Shown here in pieces: positions 47,229-57,538 of a stretch of DNA of 64,000 nt. Source of the stretch: Puniceicoccaceae bacterium (GTDB lineage Bacteria > Verrucomicrobiota > Verrucomicrobiia > Opitutales > Oceanipulchritudinaceae); the NCBI GenBank assembly GCA_040830765.1, contig JBFOMH010000009.1, positions 96,001-160,000 of the forward strand, given 5' to 3'. Each line of letters begins with the position of its first letter. Within the stretch, counting starts at the first letter, position 1. Made by a program: the position numbers and the translations under genes. The notes under the pieces were generated by a model, which worked only from the letters and a program-made list of their open reading frames with translations, searched no databases and was not told the origin of the DNA.

Positions 47229-48704
47229 ATGTCCAAGTGGGAATCCTACCAGTTTGCTAACCGCCTCAAGCTCAGTAACCACTGGCTCCAGGTGGTCCTG
47301 ATCCTCAGCCTTATAGGCGGACTCAACTACCTCGCGATCCATAATTTTTACCGCGTTGACCTGACGGAAAGCCACCGCTACGCGCTCTCCCCGGAAACCA
47401 AGGCCTACCTTCAGGAGATCACCGATCCGGTCGAAATTGTGGTTACGATTCCGCGGAACTCCGTACGCCAGGAGGAACAGGTGCTTTCCCGGTACGTCAG
47501 CCAGCTACTGCAGGAGTACGCTTATCAAAGCAAGCGACACGGGAAGTTCCTCATCAACGTGGAGCATGTTGATATATACACCGACCTGGCCCGGGCAGAC
47601 TCACTGGCCCGCCAGTACGGGCTGGACCAGGTCAATGCCATCCTCGTCATTTCCGGGGAACGCCAGCGCCTTATACGACCAGATGAAATCCTCACCTTTG
47701 AGAACCTTCGTCCAGTAGCCTTTACCGGGGAAGCGACCCTCACCTCGGCCATCATGGAGGTAACCCAGGAACAGTCCCCAAAGCTGTACTTTCTTCAGGG
47801 CCATCAGGAGGTCAGGCCGGATGACACCTCACCCCAGTTCGGCTTGTCCCAGATAGCCAGCGAGCTCCAGTTGCGCAATTTCACCATTGAGCAACTGGAC
47901 CTGAGTGCGAAGGAGCAAGTGCCGGATGACGCCTCGATCGTCATCATCGCCGACCCGAAGGGACCCCTGCTTTCCTCTGAGCTGGACAAGCTCCAGACCT
48001 ATCTTGTCGACCGGGCAGGCCGCCTCATCATCTGGGTCCGCCCGGGGGTCGAGACCAACCTCTTCCCCCTCATTGCTGATTGGGGAATCCGGCTCTCCGA
48101 CCAGGTAGTCATTGAGACCAATCCGGGATACCGGGAAGCCAAGGGAACCATCCTCATTCGTAATTTCGGGGAACACCCGATTACGGAGTCCCTCATCCAG
48201 AACCAGACTTTCCTTCTTTCCGGCTGGACCCGGCCCGTCTTCCCGGTCCCACCCGAACCGGTGGATGAGCGCCTGAGTTTCATCCCCTTGTTTGCCTCCT
48301 CCTCCGAAAGCTGGTCCGAGTCCGCCTACCAGATGGCCGGCACACCGGAATTTGATCCCCAATCGGATATCAAGGGTCCCGTGCCCCTGGCCATTGCGTC
48401 CGAGCGCAAAGCCTCCAGCCAACTGGGAATCAGTGTTCCCGGCGGCCGGGTGGTGGTCATCGGATCGCCTGACCTCTTCTCCAACCAGAACATCGCCTCG
48501 CTTGGCAATGTCTCCCTTTTCTTCAATATCATGAATTGGATTCTCGACCGTGATCGACTCCTGGTCATTCCTCCGCGGACCCTTGAATCCTATCAACTCG
48601 CCGTCAGCCAGGACCAGTTAAGCAAGATTGGACTGCTGTTCCTGTGTGTGCCCGGCAGCCTGGCCGTCCTTGGCTTCCTTGTTCACTGGATCCGGAAATC
48701 CTGA
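47229..48704 (+). CDS. GldG-like ABC auxiliary subunit (periplasmic GIFT domain, N- and C-terminal TM)
   Basis: DLT..HRYALS.ET, YFLQGHQE, VPDDAS, HPIT, GRVVVIG, N...F.N..NW. Confidence 0.88.
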   Translation: MSKWESYQFANRLKLSNHWLQVVLILSLIGGLNYLAIHNFYRVDLTESHRYALSPETKAYLQEITDPVEIVVTIPRNSVRQEEQVLSRYVSQLLQEYAYQSKRHGKFLINVEHVDIYTDLARADSLARQYGLDQVNAILVISGERQRLIRPDEILTFENLRPVAFTGEATLTSAIMEVTQEQSPKLYFLQGHQEVRPDDTSPQFGLSQIASELQLRNFTIEQLDLSAKEQVPDDASIVIIADPKGPLLSSELDKLQTYLVDRAGRLIIWVRPGVETNLFPLIADWGIRLSDQVVIETNPGYREAKGTILIRNFGEHPITESLIQNQTFLLSGWTRPVFPVPPEPVDERLSFIPLFASSSESWSESAYQMAGTPEFDPQSDIKGPVPLAIASERKASSQLGISVPGGRVVVIGSPDLFSNQNIASLGNVSLFFNIMNWILDRDRLLVIPPRTLESYQLAVSQDQLSKIGLLFLCVPGSLAVLGFLVHWIRKS

Positions 48705-48712
48705 CCCTCGCC

Positions 48713-50593
48713 ATGCGTTACAAACTTACCGTTCTTCTCATCGTCCTGAACCTTGCCCTGTTCAGTTTGATCTTCTACATCGACCGGGTCCAGAGCACCC
48801 GCAGTGTCTTTGAGTCCACTTCCCGGTTGATCCTCGACCGCTCGTTTGTCCAAGGTATCGACAAAGTCCGGATCACCAGCACTGCCAGTGGCACCGAGTG
48901 GCAATTGGAACAATCCGGCGAAAACCGCTGGGATGTCATCTCCCCGATCCATTGGAAGGCCAACCCCTATGCCATCCAGCAACTGCTTTTCCAATTGAAG
49001 GGGCTTTCATGGGAATCCCGCTTCCCTGTCGATGATCTTGCCTCCGCCGGCCAGTCCCTTGAATCCTACAACCTTGCCGCGCCACCCCTTGAAATAGAGC
49101 TTTCCAGTGGAACCAATTCCGTGAAGCTGGCTATCGGTGCGCCTACGGAGATCGGCAACCGTCTCTACATGATGGCGCCGGACGGAAAATTCATCCTCGT
49201 TATCTCCCGCGGTATTATGGAATTACTGCAGAGGGAAATGGACGTCTTCCTTGACCGTCGCATTTTTGGCCTCGGCATGGAGGAAAGCAGGGTCATCCAG
49301 ATTCAGGACCGCTCCGCGAGCAACGTCCGGGTACGACTGGAAAGGGATCAAACGGGTTGGAATTTTGTCTCACCCATTGAAGCACCAGCAGACCCGGAAC
49401 GGGTACAAGCCATGATCGCGGAGTGGCAAACCATTGAGGCAGAAGGATTTGAAATGATTGAGAATCCAGGGCTGGAAATGAACAGCAATGCCGTCCAGTT
49501 GACCTTTGAAGGCTTGAATGAGCGGGAAACCCTTGTCCTCGCCCCGCCTGCCGGGGTGACGGGTACCCCCGTCTATTTTCTGGCCAAACGGGATGCCTAC
49601 GATGCTATTTTCAAGGTTGATGCCAACGATGTGGACACACTGCGCACCGCCCAGGGGATTCTCCGGGAAAAGCGCATCCTCAACCGGCACGCGGATGACT
49701 GGACCAGTTTGAGTATTGAGTTTGGCAACCTCTCAACCACCCTGCAGCAGTTGGAAAACGGAACCTGGCAGGTGCTCAATACAGATACTTCAGGTGCCTT
49801 GAATTCGCGGGCCGCCGATCCCGAAACCGTTGGCAATGTAAAGGCCCTCTTGCGGAATATGGAGGCCATTCGCTTTGTCAGCGATGCTCCTGCTGAAAAC
49901 GATCTCATTCGCTACGGATTGGATGATCCTCAACGGACAATCACCCTCCGCAAGGCCGGCGGAGAAGCGGTTGTCTTCAATATTGGAGGAGTCAGCCGGG
50001 AGGATGAGGGCACCCTCCTCTACGCCAATACAAACCAATCGGCCTCGGTGTTTGTCGTCAGGCCACACCTGCTCGCCGACCTTCCTCTTGATGCCTCCTA
50101 TTACTGGGACCGGACTTTGTTCACATTGCCGGAGGCAGCTGATGTCCTGGATGTCCAACTGGTGACACGGGATTCAGGAGAGCCAATCCCGTTGAGTGAA
50201 GAGGCTATCGCCACCCTGACCGGATACATCCGTAACGTGAAGGTTGCCCGCTTCCTCGACGTACCGTTCTCTGATCCGCTTCAACTGGGAGATTCGCGAA
50301 TCATCGATTGGACCTACTCCCTCGTCGCGACAGTGGACTTTGGTGCCAGCCCGACTCTTGAGGTTGAAGGCCTTGAATTCCTTGTCTCCGACCGACTGGG
50401 TGGCTCGACGCAATACCTTGCCCGCGCCGGTACGGGGGAGATCGGAACCCTGCCGGCGAATGTCATTGAGGCCCTTGACTCAGCCTTGGCATCCTTCCCG
50501 GAGGATCCAGGCGAGGCTCCGGATGAGCCTGTCTTTAGAGAAGAATCAACAGAGCCGGAGGCAACGGTTCCCGAACCAGAAGTGCAGCCGTAA
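48713..50593 (+). CDS. DUF4340 domain membrane-anchored periplasmic protein
   Basis: N-terminal TM; repeated W...SP...A(N/D)P units and Y(G/N)L..P motifs; usual position after GldG. Confidence 0.75.
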   Translation: MRYKLTVLLIVLNLALFSLIFYIDRVQSTRSVFESTSRLILDRSFVQGIDKVRITSTASGTEWQLEQSGENRWDVISPIHWKANPYAIQQLLFQLKGLSWESRFPVDDLASAGQSLESYNLAAPPLEIELSSGTNSVKLAIGAPTEIGNRLYMMAPDGKFILVISRGIMELLQREMDVFLDRRIFGLGMEESRVIQIQDRSASNVRVRLERDQTGWNFVSPIEAPADPERVQAMIAEWQTIEAEGFEMIENPGLEMNSNAVQLTFEGLNERETLVLAPPAGVTGTPVYFLAKRDAYDAIFKVDANDVDTLRTAQGILREKRILNRHADDWTSLSIEFGNLSTTLQQLENGTWQVLNTDTSGALNSRAADPETVGNVKALLRNMEAIRFVSDAPAENDLIRYGLDDPQRTITLRKAGGEAVVFNIGGVSREDEGTLLYANTNQSASVFVVRPHLLADLPLDASYYWDRTLFTLPEAADVLDVQLVTRDSGEPIPLSEEAIATLTGYIRNVKVARFLDVPFSDPLQLGDSRIIDWTYSLVATVDFGASPTLEVEGLEFLVSDRLGGSTQYLARAGTGEIGTLPANVIEALDSALASFPEDPGEAPDEPVFREESTEPEATVPEPEVQP

Positions 50594-50599
50594 TCGGCC

Positions 50600-53320
50600 A
50601 TGAGTCCTGTCGCCAAGATCAGGAAACTGCTGTGGGGCTGCAGCTGCCTTGCCTGCCACTTCCTGAATGTTGTCCTGGCCATTTTCGCTGTCGGTCAGGG
50701 AGGCCTGCTGGCGCTGAATTTCCTCCAGCATGAAGTGCCTCTTCCGGACCGGCTGACCGAATGGGTTATCAATAGCCTCGGACCGGACAATCTGGAAGCG
50801 GACTGGGAGGATGCGGTTTTTGATTTGCGGGCCGGGCTCCTGCTTTCCGGTTTCCAACTGCGCAATTCTTCAACCGAGCAAATCATTGCCACTGCCAGGG
50901 AGGCCCACCTGCAATGGTCCCCTTTGCATTTGTTTATTTCAAGGTTGGCTCCCATTCATTCGGTTGAAGCCAGGGATGTTGAAATATACATTCCGGTCAG
51001 CCATTCCCCGACCGGTCTTAATGAACCGGTTCTCGCTATCCGGCATGTCGCCATGAGGGAGGATAACGGTGAGTTGCGTGTCGGCTCCCTCATCGTGGAA
51101 AGCGGCAAAGTCCGCCTGTACCTGGAAGGAACAGCCCCTTTACATGCCTTCTCCCTCAAAAGTGAAGGCGGAGGTGGCACAAGATTCTACGATTTGCTGC
51201 AGCAGATACGCCGCCTGCCACCCGATCTGGAGGCAATGGCCGAAATATCCTGGAGACTGTTCCCATCCGGAAGTCACCTGTTCCAGCTCCGTGCCCTCGT
51301 TCCGAACCTGGAGTATGACATTGGCCGGATGAGCTCCCTGAGCATGAGGGCCCGGATGCGACTGGCCCGTGACGGTCTTTCCATTCTCGACCTCCATATG
51401 GGTGGTTCCCTCTCCCTCACCCGCGAGGTCCCGAAGCTGCCCCTGATAGACGAAGTCCTGAACCAGGAACCCATCCCCTTCGAACTTTCGGCCGGAGGCG
51501 CGCTTCGCAAGACGGGCAATATCCAGGTCCCATCCTCAATCCGACTGAACCTTCATCCGAGGGATGAAAGCCTTCCCGTACGCCATCTCCTTCTTCGAAC
51601 CGCCTATTGGGGCAGCATTTCTCCCGTCCATTGGATTGCCAGCAGTTCGCGTGCGTTTTCGGAAGGCTGGGCCTATCCGGTTTTCAACCGGATTGAGGAC
51701 ATCACCGGCTTTCCCTTCAAGTTGGATTTCCGGGGTTATCTTCCAGAATGCCTCTTGGCAGATTTAGTGCCGGGACTGCCGGATGTCCGGATGCTGGAAG
51801 GGGCCGGGGCTGACCAAATACAGCTCAATGCCACCTTTGATCCCCTCTCCCTAACGCTTGAAGGCATGGTGGCAACGGACGGTCTCTACATCGGGCAAAC
51901 GAATTTTGCCCGTCTCCATACCCGCCTTTCCCTGAACCGCCAACATTTGCGGTTGGAAGATATGCAGGTCAGGCAATCCGATAACCAGTATGCTTACGGT
52001 TCCTACATCCATGAGTTCAGTACCAGCAAGTTTTCGCTCAATGCAATGGGATCGACCTTCCCCGAAACCCTGGACATCCTCCTCGGCCGCTGGTGGCAGA
52101 ACATCTTTAAACATATAGAAGCGAATGAACCCCTCCCGGCGGATGTCACCGTCTGGGGCCAGTGGCGGGACCTCAAGTCCCTGCAAAGTATTACTACTGT
52201 CGACGGGAATAACGGCTCCTATCGCGGCGTTCATATTCCCAGGTTGCAATTGAGGGTCCGCAGCAACCACCAATGGGCCGTCCTCGAGACCCTCAAGGCC
52301 TCATTCCCCGATGGGTCATTTGGAGGCCGCATCGCCATCCGTTCCGGCCTCAAGCAGGATGACATCTTCCGCGCCATGTTACTGGACCTCGAAAGTGACG
52401 CCCCCTGGGAAGCTCTTTGCGCCGCCAGTGGTATTGAAGAACTTTGCGAGGCTACCTTTGTTGGAAATCCCCACGTAACGGTTCGTGGTGTCTTGTGGCA
52501 GGACTCCGGGAAGGGATTCAGGGCCATCCCTCAGGCGGATTTGCGCCTGGGCCTCTCCCAGCCCACGGGATCCAGTGTTGTCCAGGACCTTCAGTTGGAG
52601 GGACTGTCTCTCAGTGGCCGGCTCAAGGGCAGCACCTTGGATTTAACCGGGCTCTCGGGTCGCTTCGCGGAGGGCGTGTTCACCGGAAATATCCGCATCG
52701 ACAACTGGCAATCCAAGGAAAACCGGCACCGGCATTACAACCTGCAATTGGTGGATGCCCACTTTGGTTCAGCCCGCAAGCAATTGTCGGAATCCTTCGG
52801 CTACGATCCAAAGGTCTCGACCACCCTTCCGACCCAGCTCCACGAAGGCCGGGTGGATGCTCTTCTCAATTTGACCACAGGAGCCAGCCTGGAGGCCGCT
52901 CACGGCTTTGGCTCTGTTGGTCTTCGGCAAGCCAAGCTGGGCCAGATTCACCTCTTTGGTGGCCTCTCCCGTTTCTTTACTTCCATGGGCTTCAAATTCA
53001 GTAGTCTCAACCTTGATGCACTGACCTTCGACTGGCTCCTCGCGGACAGTGTCCTCCGCATCAATAACGGTTATGTCACCGGCCCTTCCCTGCGTTTACA
53101 GATCGCAGGAGCACTTGACTTGGCGGCACAGCAACTGGCGATGCAGGCGGAAGTCACGCTCGTCAAGGGAATGATGGGCATGGTTCTCTCGCCGGTCAGT
53201 GAAAACCTCTTTTTCGACCTTGAGGGACCAATTGAGGATCCCCAGTGGACGATCAGCTTTTCCCCCTTCAAGCGGATTCAGGAACCCTCTTTGAAGGAGG
53301 GCCCGCCAATTGAGCTCTGA
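50600..53320 (+). CDS. AsmA-like (repeating beta-groove) protein
   Basis: N-terminal TM anchor, long beta-rich body, C-terminal AsmA_2-like G...LQI.G.LDL...L...F.LEGP.EDP.W pattern. Confidence 0.7.
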   Translation: MSPVAKIRKLLWGCSCLACHFLNVVLAIFAVGQGGLLALNFLQHEVPLPDRLTEWVINSLGPDNLEADWEDAVFDLRAGLLLSGFQLRNSSTEQIIATAREAHLQWSPLHLFISRLAPIHSVEARDVEIYIPVSHSPTGLNEPVLAIRHVAMREDNGELRVGSLIVESGKVRLYLEGTAPLHAFSLKSEGGGGTRFYDLLQQIRRLPPDLEAMAEISWRLFPSGSHLFQLRALVPNLEYDIGRMSSLSMRARMRLARDGLSILDLHMGGSLSLTREVPKLPLIDEVLNQEPIPFELSAGGALRKTGNIQVPSSIRLNLHPRDESLPVRHLLLRTAYWGSISPVHWIASSSRAFSEGWAYPVFNRIEDITGFPFKLDFRGYLPECLLADLVPGLPDVRMLEGAGADQIQLNATFDPLSLTLEGMVATDGLYIGQTNFARLHTRLSLNRQHLRLEDMQVRQSDNQYAYGSYIHEFSTSKFSLNAMGSTFPETLDILLGRWWQNIFKHIEANEPLPADVTVWGQWRDLKSLQSITTVDGNNGSYRGVHIPRLQLRVRSNHQWAVLETLKASFPDGSFGGRIAIRSGLKQDDIFRAMLLDLESDAPWEALCAASGIEELCEATFVGNPHVTVRGVLWQDSGKGFRAIPQADLRLGLSQPTGSSVVQDLQLEGLSLSGRLKGSTLDLTGLSGRFAEGVFTGNIRIDNWQSKENRHRHYNLQLVDAHFGSARKQLSESFGYDPKVSTTLPTQLHEGRVDALLNLTTGASLEAAHGFGSVGLRQAKLGQIHLFGGLSRFFTSMGFKFSSLNLDALTFDWLLADSVLRINNGYVTGPSLRLQIAGALDLAAQQLAMQAEVTLVKGMMGMVLSPVSENLFFDLEGPIEDPQWTISFSPFKRIQEPSLKEGPPIEL

Positions 53321-53410
53321 CTTGCCTGAAAGTCGATTTCCATTGCCCTTTAGGGGGAAAACTTATCAAACTGCGCCCTTTCATTCTGATAATTAACGGA
53401 GGTAACGAAC

Positions 53411-53884
53411 TTGGATATCAAAGAAATTAAATCGATTGTCGACTTGATGAAACGCTCGGGCTTGACCGAATTCCAGCTCGAGGAGGAAGATTTCAAGATC
53501 CGCATCTGTCGCAAGAGCGACGAAGTGCAAACCATTTACCAAGCCACCACGCCAGCACCTTTCCCGGTCCAGGCAGCTGCCGCGACACCGCCACCGGTAC
53601 CACAGAACACGCCCCCCGCGGAACCGGCACCGGCCGCTGAAGTGGATGAAAGCAAGCTCATCAAGTCCCCCATGGTCGGGACTTTCTATACCTCGCCCTC
53701 ACCCGAAAGCCCGCCCTTCATCAAGATTGGCGACAGCGTATCCGGGGATACGGTTGTCTGTATTGTCGAGGCCATGAAGGTGATGAACGAAATCAAGGCG
53801 GAATTAAAGGGCCAGATCGCCGAAATCCTTGTCGATAACGGGGAAAGCGTCGAATACGGTCAGCCGTTGTTCCGCCTCAAGTAA
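53411..53884 (+). CDS. accB: Acetyl-CoA carboxylase biotin carboxyl carrier protein
   Basis: [20 protein letters not shown] start preceded by GGAGGT SD. Confidence 0.97.
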   Translation: MDIKEIKSIVDLMKRSGLTEFQLEEEDFKIRICRKSDEVQTIYQATTPAPFPVQAAAATPPPVPQNTPPAEPAPAAEVDESKLIKSPMVGTFYTSPSPESPPFIKIGDSVSGDTVVCIVEAMKVMNEIKAELKGQIAEILVDNGESVEYGQPLFRLK

Positions 53885-53909
53885 GGTCCGACTCTCCACC
53901 TGAGACACA

Positions 53910-55289
53910 ATGTTCAAGAAAATCCTCATTGCCAACAGGGGGGAAATAGCCCTTCGCATCATTCGCGCCTGCAGAGAGCTCGATATCGAAACCATTGCCG
54001 TCTACTCGGAAGCGGACGTGCAGTCGCTGCATGTGCAACTGGCTGACGGTGCAATCTGCATTGGCCCTGCACCGGGGCCTGAATCCTACCTCCGGGCAGA
54101 GCGTATCATTGCCGCCGCTGAAGTCGCTGATGTTGATGCCATCCACCCGGGTTACGGCTTTCTTTCGGAAGATCCCGCCTTTGCCGAGCAATGTGAGGAA
54201 TGCCGAATCAAGTTCATCGGTCCTCGCTCCGGGACCATCCGCCAGATGGGCGACAAGGCCACCGCCCGCGAAACGGTCAAGGCTGCCGGGGTCCCCACGG
54301 TCCCCGGGAGTGACGGGGTGGTTCATGACCCGGACGAAGCCATCCGGGTCGCCGAGGAAATCGGGTTCCCTGTCATCGTGAAGGCCGTTGCCGGTGGAGG
54401 CGGACGCGGCATGCGTCTGGCCCATAACGCCATGACCTTCCTCAAGGAGTTTGCCGCTGCCAGCAATGAAGCCGAAAAGGCCTTTGGCAACGGTGACGTC
54501 TATATCGAGAAGTACATTGAGGAACCACGGCATATTGAGTTTCAGATTCTCGCTGATGAACATGGCAACGTGATTCACCTCGGGGAACGTGATTGCTCCA
54601 TCCAGCGGCGGCACCAGAAGGTAATCGAAGAGTCACCCTCGCCCTTCATGACGCCTGAGTTGCGCGAAGCCATGGGTGAGGCAGCTATCAAGGCGGCCAA
54701 AGCCTGCGACTACTGGAACGCCGGAACCATCGAGTTCCTTGTCGATAAAAACCGCAACTTCTACTTCATCGAGATGAACACCCGCATTCAGGTGGAGCAT
54801 CCGGTGACGGAGGAAGTGACCGGCATTGACCTGGTTAAGGAACAACTGCGCATCGCCAGTGGTGAAAAGCTGGGACTGAAGCAGAAAGATGTCATCATGA
54901 AGGGATGCGCCATCGAGGTGCGGGTCTGTGCCGAGAATCCCGGGATGAATTTCGCCCCCTATCCGGGAGATATCAGTCTTTATTATCCTCCCGGCGGGCA
55001 CGGGGTCCGGGTCGACAGCCATATCTATGGTGGCTACACGATCCCGAAATACTACGACAGCATGATCGCCAAGGTCATTTGCTACGGACGGAACCGGAAA
55101 CTCGTCCTCGATCGGATGAACCGTGCCCTCAATGAATACCTCATCCGGGGCATCCACACCAATATCGGTTTTGCGCGCTCGATTATCAACGATCCGGAAT
55201 TCGCCATGGGTAACTTCACCACGGCCTTTGTGGAGGAATTTATGCAGCGAACGCCGAAAACGCTTTTCGAATCCAAATTAGAAGAATAA
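53910..55289 (+). CDS. accC: Biotin carboxylase
   Basis: [44 protein letters not shown]. Confidence 0.98.
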   Translation: MFKKILIANRGEIALRIIRACRELDIETIAVYSEADVQSLHVQLADGAICIGPAPGPESYLRAERIIAAAEVADVDAIHPGYGFLSEDPAFAEQCEECRIKFIGPRSGTIRQMGDKATARETVKAAGVPTVPGSDGVVHDPDEAIRVAEEIGFPVIVKAVAGGGGRGMRLAHNAMTFLKEFAAASNEAEKAFGNGDVYIEKYIEEPRHIEFQILADEHGNVIHLGERDCSIQRRHQKVIEESPSPFMTPELREAMGEAAIKAAKACDYWNAGTIEFLVDKNRNFYFIEMNTRIQVEHPVTEEVTGIDLVKEQLRIASGEKLGLKQKDVIMKGCAIEVRVCAENPGMNFAPYPGDISLYYPPGGHGVRVDSHIYGGYTIPKYYDSMIAKVICYGRNRKLVLDRMNRALNEYLIRGIHTNIGFARSIINDPEFAMGNFTTAFVEEFMQRTPKTLFESKLEE

Positions 55290-55325
55290 ACTGCCAGCTA
55301 GATAATCCCAAACCAGACAAGAATC

Positions 55326-55754
55326 ATGGAAGAAGATCCCAAACACGATCCATTTGAAAATCTAGAACCTATCCAGGAAGACTCCGGCATGGGCAATATC
55401 AGCATCAACAACGAGGTTGTCGCTGAAATTGTTGCCATGGCTGCCCGCGAGGTTGAAGGCGTCGTCTCTCTAGCCAGCGGCGGCATCAAGGATGACATTG
55501 CCGGACTCTTCGGTGGGCGCAAGGACAGCAGTTCCTCGGTGGGTATCCAGGAAGAGGCTGACGGCTCCTATCACATTAGTGTGAAGCTCATCCTCACCTT
55601 CGGGGTTCAGTTGGCCAAGGTAGCCCAGAATGTCCAGGTCGCCGTCCGCGAGCGGGTTGAAAACATGACCAACAAGGATGTTTCCAAGGTCAATGTCATC
55701 GTCGATGGTATCCGTCGCGAGAACGCCCCGGTTGAAGAAGCACCTGAAGAATAG
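55326..55754 (+). CDS. Asp23/Gls24 family protein (YqhY-like)
   Basis: G.I.I..EVVA.I...AA.EVEGV, VQ.AV...VENMT...V..VNV.V.GI. Confidence 0.88.
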   Translation: MEEDPKHDPFENLEPIQEDSGMGNISINNEVVAEIVAMAAREVEGVVSLASGGIKDDIAGLFGGRKDSSSSVGIQEEADGSYHISVKLILTFGVQLAKVAQNVQVAVRERVENMTNKDVSKVNVIVDGIRRENAPVEEAPEE

Positions 55755-55791
55755 GCAACCTTAACCCAGCCAGCCTTAACCCCACACTCCC

Positions 55792-56331
55792 ATGCAAGAG
55801 CTTACGGAAACCCTAAGTCACCTCATCAAGGCCCCCTACCTTTATTATGCCGTGACCGCGGTGGTCTTGTTGGTCGGGCTCTATGTCGTCTACAGTTACC
55901 GGCGGGCCAGCCAGGGAATCATTCCCTTCAAGACCCAGGGGGGCCAGATTGAAATTGCCCCCAGCACCTTGCGCGGTGTCATGCAAAACGCCGCCAACAG
56001 CGTGGAGGGTGTCGAAAAGGCATCCTGCCGTCATTTCCTGAAAGGCCGCTCGGTCGGGGTCAAGGTAGCCATCCACCTCCGGGCCAACAGCCGCCTGAAG
56101 GATGTGGAGACGAACATCAAGCAATGCATTCGCGCCACCCTTTTCGACCAGTTCGGGATGGAAAACATCGAACCCGTCCATATCCGTGTCACCCGCATTA
56201 TCGGGGATCCGGTAGCCTCTCTGGGTCCCAGCTACCCTGACGACATCAACGAGTCCAAGGCCGCCCTGATGGAAATGGATGACGAAGAGACTGACGAGCG
56301 GCCTTACTCCGACGAAACCCGCCTCTCCTGA
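55792..56331 (+). CDS. AmaP-like membrane-anchored Asp23-domain protein
   Basis: N-terminal TM then G.I.I....L......A..VEGV Asp23-like fold; follows the Asp23 gene. Confidence 0.6.
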   Translation: MQELTETLSHLIKAPYLYYAVTAVVLLVGLYVVYSYRRASQGIIPFKTQGGQIEIAPSTLRGVMQNAANSVEGVEKASCRHFLKGRSVGVKVAIHLRANSRLKDVETNIKQCIRATLFDQFGMENIEPVHIRVTRIIGDPVASLGPSYPDDINESKAALMEMDDEETDERPYSDETRLS

Positions 56332-56353
56332 GCAAGCAAACACGAGGGCCCTG

Positions 56354-57007
56354 ATGAGCGTGCCTGAAATTCCGTCCTGTGGATTCTACGCCATCCTGGA
56401 CACAGGTTACATCAACGACAGCGAATGGGAATACCAGGCGGATGCCATCCTCTCCGGTGGCGCCTGCATTTTGCAGATCCGGGCCATGGGCGATCCACTC
56501 GAGCGGGTACGCGAGCTGGTTGAACGTGTCCAGCCCGTCGCCCGCTCCCACAAGGTTCCCCTTGTCATCAACGACCATCTTGAGCTTGCTGCCACCACCC
56601 CGGGTCTTGGTCTGCACATGGGACAAGGTGACGGACCGATTGATGAAGCGCGCAAGCGCCTTGGTCCGGACCGCATACTCGGCCTATCAACGCACAGCCT
56701 GGATGAGGCCAAAAAGGCCATGGAGGCCTCGGATATCCTTTCCTACTTCACCATTGGCCCCATCTTTCCCAGTCAAACCCATGCTGAATACAAACCCGTG
56801 GGCATCGACCTAATCCGGGCCGTAGCCAGCCTCGAGCCAGCCTTGCCGTTCTTCTGCATCGGCGGCATCACTCCCGACAACACCGAGAAAGTCGTCGCTG
56901 CCGGGGCCAGGGGTATCATCGCCGCTTCCTTCTCCCTCCGCCATGCGGATCTTGAGAGCACCGCCCGTTTTTATACCCAACAGTTGACCGGTGAGCGTGA
57001 CGCTTGA
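56354..57007 (+). CDS. thiE: Thiamine-phosphate synthase-like protein
   Basis: YAILD, QIR, INDH, HMGQGD, GLSTHS, GPIFP, IGGI; two conserved Lys are substituted. Confidence 0.75.
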   Translation: MSVPEIPSCGFYAILDTGYINDSEWEYQADAILSGGACILQIRAMGDPLERVRELVERVQPVARSHKVPLVINDHLELAATTPGLGLHMGQGDGPIDEARKRLGPDRILGLSTHSLDEAKKAMEASDILSYFTIGPIFPSQTHAEYKPVGIDLIRAVASLEPALPFFCIGGITPDNTEKVVAAGARGIIAASFSLRHADLESTARFYTQQLTGERDA

Positions 57008-57055
57008 CAACCGGCATGGCCCTACCTTCCTTTGAATCCTCTTTTGGGCGAAATC

Positions 57056-57538
57056 ATGGAAGGTGGAAAAAAGGTCATCACCGTCATCTGTACCGGTAAC
57101 ATTTGTCGTAGCCCCATGGCCGAGCATCTGCTTCAGCATGCTCTGCAGGCCCAGCCCCACCCATTGTCGGACTATCAGGTGATTTCTGCCGGGGTCTCCG
57201 CCTATCCCGGTGATGCCGCCTCACGCAACTCGATCATTGCCCTTGATAAGGTCAATTTGGACCTTTCCGACCATCGCAGCCGGCCACTGACGGATCAGCT
57301 GGTCGAGGTTTCCGACTTGATCCTGACCATGACCAGCAGCCATGCGGACATCATTCGCATGCGTTATCCCAATATAGGGATACCCGTTCTCCGGTTTCGC
57401 GAGTGGATTCCTTCCGGCTCCCGTGAAGTGCCCGATCCCTTCGGCGGACCATTGCAGATTTATCTCGATACCCGGGACAGCCTGGCCGAGGCTGTGCCCT
57501 CAATTCTCAATTATCTCAAAACAGAATTTGAAGCATGA
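57056..57538 (+). CDS. Low-molecular-weight protein tyrosine/arginine phosphatase
   Basis: CTGNICRSPMAE, SAG, DLILTM, DPFGG. Confidence 0.92.
   Translation: MEGGKKVITVICTGNICRSPMAEHLLQHALQAQPHPLSDYQVISAGVSAYPGDAASRNSIIALDKVNLDLSDHRSRPLTDQLVEVSDLILTMTSSHADIIRMRYPNIGIPVLRFREWIPSGSREVPDPFGGPLQIYLDTRDSLAEAVPSILNYLKTEFEA

Noticed and set aside
45439..48704. Gliding motility call from GldA/F/G similarity
   Set aside because: These ABC homologues are widespread in non-gliding bacteria, and no gldJKLMN/spr genes are in the window
57004..57028. TTGACA...TACCTT upstream of the phosphatase as a promoter
   Set aside because: The spacer is only 13 nt, and TTGACA overlaps the thiE stop codon
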